A stretch of 64,000 bases of DNA from Actinomycetes bacterium (GTDB lineage Bacteria > Actinomycetota > JAICYB01), in the NCBI GenBank assembly GCA_025934435.1, contig JAICYB010000009.1, forward strand, positions 9,724 to 73,723. Direction: 5' to 3'. Of the stretch, positions 1 through 8,539 are shown piece by piece. The notes under the pieces are model-generated. The model saw only the letters and a list, made by a program, of their open reading frames with translations. It did no database searches and was not told the DNA's origin. Every line of letters begins with the position of its first letter. The stretch's first letter is position 1. Position numbers and translations under genes: made by a program.

Positions 1-1364
1 TTCACTTCCTCGCCCCACTCTTCGTTGGGGATGCCGATCGTGCATGAGTCGCGCACGCTTTCGTGCGTGAGCATCACCGCGTCGACCTCGGCCGGGTAGA
101 TGTTCACGCCGCCGGAGATGATGAGGTCGGCGCTGCGATCGGTGAGGAACAGATAGCCGTCGTCGTCGACGTAACCCATGTCGCCGAGCGTGAAGTAATC
201 GCCCGAGTACGCCTTCGACGTCTTCTCGGTGTCCTTGTAGTACTCGAAGCGCGTCTCCGCTTCCTCCGGCGCGCGCAGGAACACCGTGCCGATCTCGTTG
301 GACGCGAGGACCTTGCCGTCGTCGTCGCGGATCTGGACGTGTCCTTCGGGAACCTTCCCGACGGTGCCGGGCTTCGTGAGCCACTCGTCGGACTCGACGG
401 ACGTCCCGCTTCCTTCCGTCGCCGCGTAGTACTCCCAGATGATCGGGCCGACCCAGTCGATCATCGCTTTCTTCACTTGGACGGGACACGGCGCAGCGCC
501 GTGCGCGATCCGTTTCAGTGACGTGATGTCGTAACGCGTCTTGACGTCATCGGGAAGCGAGATCAGCCGGTGGAACATGATCGGCACGAGATGCATGTGC
601 GTGATGCGGTACCTCTCGACGAGACGGAGCGTGTCCTCCGGATCCCAGCCGTCCATCAAGACGATCGGAAGTCCCCAGAGCAGTGGTAGTCCGAGCGAGA
701 ACGCGAGCGGCGCCGCGTGATACAGCGGACCCGTGCACAGGTAACGATCGGAGTCGTCGTGCGCCGTCGCGGCGCTGCTCTGCGCGCGGCTCGCAGCAGG
801 ACGGCGCCGGTAGACACCTTTCGGTCGTCCGGTGGTGCCCGACGTGTAGAGCATCGTCGTACCGACGCCTTGGTTCTCGACGGCGTCCGGTGATTCGTCC
901 TTCAGCGCGGCGTCGTAGGACTCGAAGTGGTCGATCGCGCCGCCGACCGCGAGACGGACCTTGACGTTCGCCATCTCGGCCGCTTCGGCGCACGTGCTCG
1001 CGAAACGCTCGTCCGCGACGACGATCTGCGCTTCGCAGTCGCCGAGGATGTACGCGATCTCTTCCGCACCGAGGTGCCAGTTGATCGGCGTCAGTCTGAG
1101 GCCGTTCCTCGCGGCCGCGATGTAGACCTCGACGAACTCGGGACGGTTCGAGCACACGAGCGCGATCGCCTGTCCGGCCTCGATGCCCCGGGCGCGCATC
1201 GCGCGAACGAGCTGGTTGCACCTGGCGTCGAGCTCGGCCCACGTCTCGTCCCCGGTCGGGGACACCACAGCTGTTTCGTCCGGCTGGCTCTGGGCGCGCT
1301 GTGCGACGGCTCGATGAGGCAGCGTCGGGTAGCGCGCAGTTTCCTGCGTAACTGTTTCGGTCAA
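1..1364 (-). CDS. Acyl-CoA synthetase / AMP-dependent ligase (FadD-like). It is partial: the C-terminus runs off the window start.
   Basis: Manual minus-strand translation gives ...MLYTSGTTGRPKGV... (the AMP-binding motif) and ends in ...DLIISGGVNIYPAEVDAVMLTHESV at position 1. The start is a TTG about 6 nt after GGAGGAGGG. There is no stop in the window, so the ORF track does not list it; the 547..1650 Arg-rich ORF is in a different frame. Confidence 0.8.
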   Translation of the reverse strand, partial: MTETVTQETARYPTLPHRAVAQRAQSQPDETAVVSPTGDETWAELDARCNQLVRAMRARGIEAGQAIALVCSNRPEFVEVYIAAARNGLRLTPINWHLGAEEIAYILGDCEAQIVVADERFASTCAEAAEMANVKVRLAVGGAIDHFESYDAALKDESPDAVENQGVGTTMLYTSGTTGRPKGVYRRRPAASRAQSSAATAHDDSDRYLCTGPLYHAAPLAFSLGLPLLWGLPIVLMDGWDPEDTLRLVERYRITHMHLVPIMFHRLISLPDDVKTRYDITSLKRIAHGAAPCPVQVKKAMIDWVGPIIWEYYAATEGSGTSVESDEWLTKPGTVGKVPEGHVQIRDDDGKVLASNEIGTVFLRAPEEAETRFEYYKDTEKTSKAYSGDYFTLGDMGYVDDDGYLFLTDRSADLIISGGVNIYPAEVDAVMLTHESVRDSCTIGIPNEEWGEEV

Positions 1365-1465
1365 TTCGGACCCTCCTCCTACGCCTCCGCCAAGCTTCGG
1401 CGTGGCCTCCCGCCGGACATTTTGCGACGGGAAGCGCGCTTTGGAAAATCGAGTTACATAGAGGT

Positions 1466-2338
1466 ATGGACGAACGCCTCTGCCTTCTGACCGTGCACGC
1501 CCATCCGGACGACGAAGCCTCCAAGGGGGCCGGCACCGTCGCCCGGTACCACGCGGAGGGGGTCCGGACCGTCCTGGTCTGCTGCACGGGCGGTGAAGAG
1601 GGCGACATCTTGAACCCGGAGATGGAGTCCCCGGAGGTCAGGGCGAACATCGCCGCCGTCCGGCGCGAGGAGCTCGCGAACGCAGCGAAGGTGATCGGCT
1701 ACGACGAGGTGGTCATGCTCGGCTACCGCGACTCGGGGATGCCGGGAAGCGACGCGAACCTGCACCCGCGCTCCTTCGCGCAGTCGAATTTCAACGACGC
1801 CGTCGGGCGACTGGTGACGATCATCCGCCGGACGAAGCCCCAAGTCATCGTCACCTACGGCGACGACCACCGCGGGTATCCGCACCCCGATCACATCAAG
1901 GTGCACGACATCACGATGCCGGCGTTTGACGCGGCGGGTGATCCCGATGCGTTCCCGTGGGCGGGGGAGCCGTGGCAGCCGCTGAAGGTCTATTACACGA
2001 TGTGGTCGCGGAAGCGGATGCTCGCGACGCACGAGAAGTTCCTCGAGCTCGGTCTCGAGTCGCCGTACTCGGACGACTGGTTCAAGAACCGAGACTGGGG
2101 CGAGGACACGACGACGACGTCGGTCGACATCTACGGCTACACCGACGCACGCCGCGAGGGCCTGCTCGCGCACCGCACGCAGGTCGACCCGAACTCACGC
2201 TTCTGGTTCGGTCTGCCACCCGAGGTCGCGCGCGAGGTCCATCCGTTCGACGACTACGTCCGCGCACGCAGCTTGGTGGACGAACCACTCCCGGAGGAAG
2301 ACCTCTTCGCCGGAGTGCGCGAACGCGTCAGCGCGTAA
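1466..2338 (+). CDS. mca: LmbE-family deacetylase, most likely mycothiol S-conjugate amidase Mca (the MshB deacetylase is the alternative).
   Basis: LTVHAHPDDEASKGAGT, the zinc-binding AHPDDE motif of the LmbE/PIG-L family. Length 290 aa. The overall pattern resembles actinobacterial Mca: YGDDHRGYPHPDHIKVHD and TQVDPNSRFW. An AGAGGT RBS lies upstream. Confidence 0.7.
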   Translation: MDERLCLLTVHAHPDDEASKGAGTVARYHAEGVRTVLVCCTGGEEGDILNPEMESPEVRANIAAVRREELANAAKVIGYDEVVMLGYRDSGMPGSDANLHPRSFAQSNFNDAVGRLVTIIRRTKPQVIVTYGDDHRGYPHPDHIKVHDITMPAFDAAGDPDAFPWAGEPWQPLKVYYTMWSRKRMLATHEKFLELGLESPYSDDWFKNRDWGEDTTTTSVDIYGYTDARREGLLAHRTQVDPNSRFWFGLPPEVAREVHPFDDYVRARSLVDEPLPEEDLFAGVRERVSA

Positions 2339-2345
2339 CCTCGCA

Positions 2346-2951
2346 CTAGAACTCGTACCAGCTCGTTCTCCCGAGGAAGAATCCGTGATCTGACCGAACG
2401 TCCTCGCATTTCACGGCGTCGACGAAGCCGGCGCAGCGGAACTGCCATCGTGTGATGGACCGGCCCGGTGCGAGTTGGAGGCTCCACGAACCGAGCACTG
2501 AGTCGCTGGCGCATGCGATCTGTGGCGCCGAATCACTCGAAAGGAGCATCCCGTTGCCCCACACCGCGTCCTCCGGGCAGCGCGGCGGGCGGTCTGTTGC
2601 GGGGAATGTCCACGTGCGGTAGGTGTTGGCGATATCACACCGCACGATCTGGTGGGCGGGCCCATCGTATCCCTCCGTGCGCGGGTTATATGTCGGACCA
2701 CTCGAGAACACACACGCGATGTTTCCCGCCGCAGCACTGAAACCGGCCGGCGGCTCGGTGGACGTCGGCGACGAAGGTCGCGTCCTCGGAGCATTGGCAT
2801 CGTCGGTCGCCACCGATCGTGATGCCGAAGGTGTGCTGGTCCTATGCGAAGCCGTCCGCACCGTCGCTGACCGCGAGGCTACGAGGACACTCAACGCAGC
2901 GACACCGCTAAACATGATGCCGACGGCGATCCACTTGACCTTCGTCGTCAC
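2346..2951 (-). CDS. Hypothetical membrane-anchored or secreted Cys-containing protein.
   Basis: N-terminal hydrophobic segment WIAVGIMFSGVAALSVLVA, followed by an S/T/P-rich linker and a domain with 8 Cys. No confident family assignment. Confidence 0.5.
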   Translation of the reverse strand: MTTKVKWIAVGIMFSGVAALSVLVASRSATVRTASHRTSTPSASRSVATDDANAPRTRPSSPTSTEPPAGFSAAAGNIACVFSSGPTYNPRTEGYDGPAHQIVRCDIANTYRTWTFPATDRPPRCPEDAVWGNGMLLSSDSAPQIACASDSVLGSWSLQLAPGRSITRWQFRCAGFVDAVKCEDVRSDHGFFLGRTSWYEF

Positions 2952-2958
2952 GGGTAGA

Positions 2959-4200
2959 TCACAACGCGACCGCGTCCAAGATGGCTCCGATCAGTTCTTC
3001 ATCCCCTCGTATCGCTCCTTCGATCAGGCGTTTCGCGGTCCCATGTGGTTCGCGTGTGCGTGTGAGCCGGCTGAAGACGTTGCTCACCGATTCGACGAGG
3101 CCCTCTATCACGCCGCTACCGTCCGAGGGACGTTGGGTCAGCGCGGCTGCGAACAGTGCCTCGTTCGCGGCCGCCGTCTCGGTAAGGAAGCGTAAGAATC
3201 CGGACACGGTGTGGATCGCATGGTCGGCAATGGTGGTCTCGTCGAAACGGGGAAGTCCTTGTGTCGCGATGAGCGACCGAATCGCCGAGTCGGTCAGGTC
3301 CCCATCATCCGGGAACCACGCGCGCGCTCGTTCGTTCTTGACGTTTGCCCGCCGAGCCGCCGATGCACACGTGGCGGAGCGTTTCGTCTTCCACAGGAGG
3401 ATCGCCGCGTCGATGACGCGATCGAAGTCCTTCGCATCGTCTTCTACGTTTGGCCGTCGTGCGTCGACCTCGCCGCCGGGTTCAGTGAACAACCAGGCGA
3501 GATCGAAGACCGCGTCGGCGGCCGTCCGGAGATCGATCACATCAGGATCGATCGTTAGGCGCATCACAAGGCCGTCGGTCAGCGCGTGCATCAACGTGAC
3601 GACTTGGGTGTTGGTCGTGCCACGGCGCGGTCGCCGTCCGAGTTGCGACATCGCGAGGGAGAGAACTTCCGCAAGGCGATCCGTCATGTTCTGGTAGTAC
3701 TCGCGCCGGATCTCGATGACGCGCGCTCCGATCGACGCGTGCCTTCCCGACGGTTTCGTCCCCTCCCACATCGGACTTGATGTCATCACTGCCGCATCGA
3801 TAACTCGACCCGCCGGCGTGCCGGGCGACATGAACTGGAAGCGAAGGTTGAGTTCCAACATGTGTCGTAGCGTCGCGATGAGCTGGTCCCGCGATCGCTT
3901 GCCGGAAGTCTCACTCCGGTACGTCTCCATGAGCGAGTCGAGGACACGGTCGAAGCCGCCTCGCTCAGTCGAACTCAACCACGTGGTAATCGCCTCGATC
4001 GCTTGATCAGTCGTCGGGAAGGCTCGAAACGCCGTGTCGCGACTCGGGGCGCCCGGCTTCTTCGAGAGCTGGTCACGGGAGAGCAGGCGCTCGAGCCCGA
4101 CCATCGGCTCGCTGAGCAGACGGTCCAGTGCCGCTTCGAACAGTCGCTCGCGCGCTTCCTCGGAGACCTGTACTTGCCGTCGTGCGACGTTCTCTCGCAA
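2959..4200 (-). CDS. Long hypothetical regulator-like protein, possibly a degenerate TetR-like HTH with an extended or tandem C-terminal domain.
   Basis: 413-aa ORF with good coding bias, 7 nt upstream of the 2346..2951 gene on the same strand. The N-terminal EARERLFEAALDRLL...RDQLSKKPGAPSRDTAFRAF loosely fits a TetR HTH. The function is uncertain. Confidence 0.4.
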   Translation of the reverse strand: MRENVARRQVQVSEEARERLFEAALDRLLSEPMVGLERLLSRDQLSKKPGAPSRDTAFRAFPTTDQAIEAITTWLSSTERGGFDRVLDSLMETYRSETSGKRSRDQLIATLRHMLELNLRFQFMSPGTPAGRVIDAAVMTSSPMWEGTKPSGRHASIGARVIEIRREYYQNMTDRLAEVLSLAMSQLGRRPRRGTTNTQVVTLMHALTDGLVMRLTIDPDVIDLRTAADAVFDLAWLFTEPGGEVDARRPNVEDDAKDFDRVIDAAILLWKTKRSATCASAARRANVKNERARAWFPDDGDLTDSAIRSLIATQGLPRFDETTIADHAIHTVSGFLRFLTETAAANEALFAAALTQRPSDGSGVIEGLVESVSNVFSRLTRTREPHGTAKRLIEGAIRGDEELIGAILDAVAL

Positions 4201-4284
4201 GGCCGCGTCACACCCCTGCTCCAGTGACTATCACCATGGTAGGAGTTCGCGACTTGAAATGCACGTTAAGCCAGTCGGGGGTTG

Positions 4285-4301
4285 TGCGACACGTCGTCGC
4301 A
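4285..4301. promoter_or_regulatory. Inverted repeat TGCGAC-ACGTC-GTCGCA in the divergent intergenic region between the regulator-like gene and the CHAP gene.
   Basis: Perfect 6-bp arms with a 5-bp spacer, read directly from the sequence in a lower-GC 145-bp intergenic region. Confidence 0.3.
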
Positions 4302-4345
4302 TCGGCGCGACCCCGTGCCTACTGACAGTGCGGAGGGAACGTGTT

Positions 4346-6034
4346 ATGAACTTCTGGCACGGTCGCATGGTTAACCATTCGACTGATATAGCAGTCGGGG
4401 ACGCCGTGGAGGTGGGGATGACCAGGGACAAGAGGCCAGCACGCGCACGACCGGGTGGAGTCGATTGGTGCTACCGATCGCGAGATGTTGCACCCAGACA
4501 CGTCAAGAATCGACGCGGCCTGTCCGTTCTTCTGATCGTGATCACGGTCGTTCTCGGCGTTAGCGCCGGAAGCCCATCGTTCGCGGTAACGACTGGGAGT
4601 TGGCCTGGGGCGGGCGGCCCCCGTGCGGCTCACGATCAATATGGCTACCCGTATCCCGATGCGCCCGCGTGTACGGCTGGCGGTGCCTGCGACCCTGATA
4701 AGTGGAACTTTTACCAAGGGCAGTGCACATCTTGGGTCGCCTATCGCTTGAATCAGCTGAACAAGGTCGCCTTTAGCAACTCATATGGCGGCCAGCATTG
4801 GGGGGATGCGACCAATTGGGGGACCGCCGCGAGGAACATCCATGTGGCCGTGAACGGCACTCCGGGCCTGGGGAGCGTCGCCTGGTATCAGGGAACCTCA
4901 GGCAATGATGACGGCCACGTCGCCTACGTCGAGCAGGTCAAGTCTTCGTCACAGGTGGTCATCTCGGAGATGAACTACGACTTCGACAACGGCTTTCGCG
5001 TCCGGACGATTTCGACCTCGTCTGGCTGGCCGACCGACTTCCTCCACATCAAGGACGTCCCGACGAATACCGACCCGACGGGCCATTTCGATAGCGCACA
5101 GGGTCGCGTCGGCGGCGTCGTCCGTGTGCAGGGTTGGGCGTTGGACAAGGATGCACCGACGACGCCGATCCATGTTCACATCTACATCGACGGTAAAGCC
5201 GGCTCGGGGGCCCGTTCCGTCGACATCGGGGCTGCGAATGTGTCCCGGCCGGATGTGGGCAGGGCCTACCCCGGGACCGGGTCGAATCACGGGTTCAACA
5301 CGACGATCTCCAGCGTTGCCGATGGAAAGCACACCTTGTATGCCTACGCGATCAATACGCCCACCGGGAACAATCCACTGATCGGCAGCCTCACTGCCAC
5401 GGTTCCCGGGCCGGACCCGATAGGCCGACTTGACTCGGTAACCGGGGGTAAGGCGTCGGCGGACGTCAGTGGCTGGGCTCTCGACCCGGATACGCCGACG
5501 TCGCCGTCGGATGTTCGCGTCGACATCGACGGGTTGACTGGATCGGGCGCCCGCGAGGTCGACATCGGCACGGCTGCTCAGTCCCGACCGGATATCGCGA
5601 CGGCCTACCCGGGAGCCGGCCCGGCGCATGGCTACTCGGCGACGATCGACGGGATCTCGGAGGGTTCGCACACGTTCAATGTGTACGCGGTTGATACAAC
5701 CTCCGGGAAGCTCGTGCTGATCGCGTCGAAGTCAGTAACAGCGCTCGCACCGAACGTACCGCCGGTTGCGATGCTCAACGTGACGCCGCGGAGGGCTCGC
5801 GCGCATCGCATCGTGAACTTCGACGCAACCCAGTCCAGTGATTCCGACGGCACCGTCGTTTCCTACGTGTGGGACTTCGGTGACCACACGACGGGTACCG
5901 GTGCAACGGCTTCACACATCTACCGCAAGCCTGGGAAATATCACGTGACCCTGACGGTGACTGACGACGACGGAGCGATCGGTAGCGCGGTTGTTCGCCT
6001 GGCGGTGATCAAGCATCGACGGAGGCGGCACTGA
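4346..6034 (+). CDS. Secreted CHAP-domain peptidoglycan amidase/endopeptidase with two tandem ~95-aa repeat domains and a C-terminal PKD domain.
   Basis: ATG 8 nt after GGAGGG. The signal/TM segment is LSVLLIVITVVLGVSAGSPSFAV. The CHAP signature is QCTSWVAYRL...GHVAYVE. The two tandem repeats are GWALDKDAPTTP...DIGAANVSRPDVGRAYPGTG and GWALDPDTPTSP...DIGTAAQSRPDIATAYPGAG. The C-terminus VNFDATQSSDSDGTVVSYVWDFGDHTTGTG...YHVTLTVTDDDG is PKD-like. The track ORF 4034..6034 includes an Arg-rich upstream extension that is unlikely to be coding. Confidence 0.7.
   Translation: MNFWHGRMVNHSTDIAVGDAVEVGMTRDKRPARARPGGVDWCYRSRDVAPRHVKNRRGLSVLLIVITVVLGVSAGSPSFAVTTGSWPGAGGPRAAHDQYGYPYPDAPACTAGGACDPDKWNFYQGQCTSWVAYRLNQLNKVAFSNSYGGQHWGDATNWGTAARNIHVAVNGTPGLGSVAWYQGTSGNDDGHVAYVEQVKSSSQVVISEMNYDFDNGFRVRTISTSSGWPTDFLHIKDVPTNTDPTGHFDSAQGRVGGVVRVQGWALDKDAPTTPIHVHIYIDGKAGSGARSVDIGAANVSRPDVGRAYPGTGSNHGFNTTISSVADGKHTLYAYAINTPTGNNPLIGSLTATVPGPDPIGRLDSVTGGKASADVSGWALDPDTPTSPSDVRVDIDGLTGSGAREVDIGTAAQSRPDIATAYPGAGPAHGYSATIDGISEGSHTFNVYAVDTTSGKLVLIASKSVTALAPNVPPVAMLNVTPRRARAHRIVNFDATQSSDSDGTVVSYVWDFGDHTTGTGATASHIYRKPGKYHVTLTVTDDDGAIGSAVVRLAVIKHRRRRH
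5090..5700 (+). repeat. Intragenic tandem duplication (two ~290-bp units) encoding the paired repeat domains of the CHAP protein.
   Basis: The two protein repeat units are about 45% identical and keep the same G-W-A-L-D ... S-R-P-D ... A-Y-P-G spacing. Confidence 0.6.
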
Positions 6035-6272
6035 CCTTCGCCTCGACTCTCCGCATCATCTCCGAGGGCGTTATCTCGAACCGCGATGCGATACGGAACA
6101 GCCAGCGCAGTGTCGGAGCGCGCAGCCCTCGTTCTAGTTCGCTGATGTAGGTTCGGCCACTCTCGACTTCGAATGCGAACTGTTCCTGCGAGAGATCCTC
6201 AGACTCGCGCAGTTCTCGCAGGACCTGCCCGAAGGCCTGTTCGACGGTGAGAAGGGTCCACGTACCGCGCAT
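6009..6272 (-). CDS. XRE-family HTH transcriptional regulator (copy 1).
   Basis: LLTVEQAFGQVLRELRESEDLSQEQFAFEVESGRTYISELERGLRAPTLRWLF is an HTH_3-like pattern. It is 87 aa and convergent with the end of the CHAP gene. Confidence 0.7.
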   Translation of the reverse strand: MRGTWTLLTVEQAFGQVLRELRESEDLSQEQFAFEVESGRTYISELERGLRAPTLRWLFRIASRFEITPSEMMRRVEAKVSAASVDA

Positions 6273-6418
6273 GCCCTACGTTCTGCGAACGCATGGCATC
6301 GCGCTACACGTGATAACGTGCGCTCATGCCGAAGTGGCACAGAGTCAGTTCCGTGCCCAGGAAACGCGACGCGGCGCCTGATCAGTGGGCAATCTTCATG
6401 CTCGAACCGGCCCGTTAC

Positions 6419-6688
6419 CTACGGACGCATCAGGCGAGGCTCGAGAGCCTCAACGCGTCGAAGGATCTCGGACGGCGCGATGTCGAACCGTCGAGCCAAA
6501 CGGAAGAGCCATCGTAGCGTCGGTGTCCGGATTCCTCGCTCGAGTTCGCTGATGTAGGTTCGGCCGCTGTCGACCTCGAACCCGAGCTGCTCCTGCGAGA
6601 GTTCGTTCTCCTCACGCAGCTCGCGCAGAACTTGACCGAATGCTTCCTCGACCGTGAGGAGTCGCCATCGTCCACGCCGAGTCGGCAT
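6419..6688 (-). CDS. XRE-family HTH transcriptional regulator (copy 2, tandem paralog).
   Basis: 89 aa, about 80% identical to copy 1 (LLTVEEAFGQVLRELREENELSQEQLGFEVDSGRTYISELERGIRTPTLRWLF). The DNA stretch gttcgctgatgtaggttcggcc is shared verbatim by both copies. Confidence 0.7.
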   Translation of the reverse strand: MPTRRGRWRLLTVEEAFGQVLRELREENELSQEQLGFEVDSGRTYISELERGIRTPTLRWLFRLARRFDIAPSEILRRVEALEPRLMRP

Positions 6689-6707
6689 CCGATAACGGTG
6701 GCGTCCC

Positions 6708-6738
6708 GCATGGCATGGAGCTACATGTCATGCCATGC
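6708..6738. promoter_or_regulatory. Perfect palindrome GCATGGCATG-(11 bp)-CATGCCATGC about 20 bp upstream of XRE copy 2, a putative operator.
   Basis: Read directly from the sequence. The 11-bp spacer contains ACATGT. A degenerate half-copy (ACGCATGGCAT ... ATGCC) lies upstream of XRE copy 1 around 6285-6330. Confidence 0.5.
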
Positions 6739-6744
6739 AATATC

Positions 6745-7272
6745 TCAGCGACTCAACGGTACGGGGGCACGACGCAGCTCGATCTGCTCCGATCTGCTGA
6801 CTCGGTCTTCGACCGTCGCGAAGAACTCCAACGCCTCGACGGCTTCGCGGAGCGTCGACACGCGGCCGGCCGTGATCACGGCATCGTCCTGGATCGCAGG
6901 GAGGCGATCTTCGGGGTGCCAGATCTGACCTGCGTACGGACCGGGCGGCAGATCGTTCGCTAATCCCTCTGCGGGACGGACTGATCCGTCGGGTTGCAGC
7001 TCGCCCCAGACGATCCATCCGCCGCGCCGCAAGCCATCGTACGCGTCGTCGAGCAGGAGGACGGCGAGCGCGGTCGCAAGTTCCGCGCTCGCGCATCGGC
7101 CGCGGACTTCGATCGATACGCCGGGGGGCGTGACACTGAGCGCGACAAGCGCTTGCTCGACGACATCGGGCAACTTCTCACCGCTCCCACCCGTGCGACG
7201 AGCGACGACCTCCGCGATCCCTTCTGGCGTTGGGCAGGCGACAACAGCGAGCGCGGCGCAGCTCCTCTCCAT
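6745..7272 (-). CDS. ComM/YifB-type N-terminal Lon-like (ChlI) domain protein. It is probably a truncated, degenerate comM remnant, because the AAA+ Mg-chelatase half is absent.
   Basis: 176 aa from the internal Met of track ORF 6745..7476; the upstream extension is antisense to the neighbouring hydrolase gene. ...ELATALAVLLLDDAYDG...WIVWGELQPDGSVRPAEGL...PEDRLPAIQDDAVITAGRVSTLREAVEAL aligns by eye to the ComM N-terminal domain (DIALAAAVLSA...LLLGELSLDGRVRPVRGVL...PADNLPEASLVDGIDVRGVRTLGQL). No Walker A or AAA+ domain follows. Confidence 0.4.
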   Translation of the reverse strand: MERSCAALAVVACPTPEGIAEVVARRTGGSGEKLPDVVEQALVALSVTPPGVSIEVRGRCASAELATALAVLLLDDAYDGLRRGGWIVWGELQPDGSVRPAEGLANDLPPGPYAGQIWHPEDRLPAIQDDAVITAGRVSTLREAVEALEFFATVEDRVSRSEQIELRRAPVPLSR

Positions 7273-7333
7273 GAAACGAAATGACAGGGATGTAACTCTA
7301 CATTCGAGCAGTGACACAATTGACGGCGGCATC

Positions 7334-8539
7334 ATGTTCGGGTCCACGGCGGGAGGGGAGACCGCGGTGCGGAAATGGTGTGTGTCGCTTATAGCCGTCG
7401 TCACGCTTGGTATGACGTCCGCTGCGACGGCTGCGCCGCTCCCCGTTCCCGGAACGGGTGTGCTCGCGAAGGACACGCACCCCGACTACTCCTGGAACTC
7501 CGGCTACCAGTCGAAGATCGTGACGTTTCCCTCGCGACGGTCCCACGCCGTCCTCGCCGGCACCCTCTACGGGCCGACGTCCATGTCCGGACGGCTCCCC
7601 GCCGTCGTCGCGATCCCGCCGAGCGGCGGGGCCGCGACGCAAGGATCCGTGTCCTACATCACGAAGTTGCTCGCGATCAACGGGTACATCGGGATCACCG
7701 TCGATCCGCAAGGTGTGGGGGATTCAGGGAGCCTCGGCGATCCGCCGTGCACGGGCACGGCCGGCCGCAGCAACCCGAGTCCGTGCGCGAACGTCCCGTT
7801 CCAGCAGGAGGACAACTTCTTCGATGCAGGACAAAGCGCGCTCGACTTCTTGCTGTCGAAGAACGATCCGTGGCTCGCTCACGTCGACACCAAGCACATC
7901 GGTGCGACGGGGCACTCCGAGGGCGCACGAGCGGCCACGTATCTGCAAGACCCCCGCTACGACGGACGGGTCAAGGTGGTCGTCGCGCTCGACAATCTCG
8001 CATCGAACTACTGCGGTGACGCGGGCACACCGAGCAACGAAGGGCCGGGCGGCAGCACCGGGCTGCAGAACGCGCTCATCAACGGGATGCCGAAGTGCAT
8101 GACGGATCCGTCCAACGCGTCGTTCGTCATCCGGCCGGTCGGCCCGGCGATGGGTCTTGCGTCGGACGGGCCGGCGGGGTTGGGGACGAACGATCCGACG
8201 GGGGTATTCGAAGGCTCACCGTCCGAGAAGAAGACGGCGATGACCGCCTGGCGAGCGCACCACGTTCCGTCGATGGAACTCGTGCTCGCCGGTGTCACGC
8301 ACGGGATGTTCGCGCAGCAGTCGGACAGCGACGAGACGTTGCTTCACAACATCGCGTCCTACGCGAAGGCGTGGTTTGACCTGTTCCTGAGGAACCGGTC
8401 ATCGGGGCTGACGGTGTTGCACGCGCGGACGACCCCGACGGGCGAGAACGTGACGGCGTTCTTGTCGGCGTCGTACTTGTCTGCGATGTACGTGCCGAAG
8501 TCGCGCATCGACTGCGCCGACTTCCGGACGCGCTGCTAG
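7334..8539 (+). CDS. Secreted alpha/beta-hydrolase (lipase/esterase-like, dienelactone-hydrolase/PETase-like fold).
   Basis: Signal peptide VRKWCVSLIAVVTLGMTSAATAAP. Nucleophile elbow HIGATGHSEGA (G-H-S-E-G). 401 aa from the internal ATG of the track ORF. Confidence 0.6.
   Translation: MFGSTAGGETAVRKWCVSLIAVVTLGMTSAATAAPLPVPGTGVLAKDTHPDYSWNSGYQSKIVTFPSRRSHAVLAGTLYGPTSMSGRLPAVVAIPPSGGAATQGSVSYITKLLAINGYIGITVDPQGVGDSGSLGDPPCTGTAGRSNPSPCANVPFQQEDNFFDAGQSALDFLLSKNDPWLAHVDTKHIGATGHSEGARAATYLQDPRYDGRVKVVVALDNLASNYCGDAGTPSNEGPGGSTGLQNALINGMPKCMTDPSNASFVIRPVGPAMGLASDGPAGLGTNDPTGVFEGSPSEKKTAMTAWRAHHVPSMELVLAGVTHGMFAQQSDSDETLLHNIASYAKAWFDLFLRNRSSGLTVLHARTTPTGENVTAFLSASYLSAMYVPKSRIDCADFRTRC

Noticed and set aside
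547-1650. 367-aa Arg-rich minus-strand ORF at the left end of the window.
   Set aside because: It is out of frame with the clearly homologous acyl-CoA synthetase reading frame (AMP-binding motif, RBS plus TTG start) that occupies the same DNA. Its Arg/Pro-rich composition is typical of non-coding frames in high-GC DNA.
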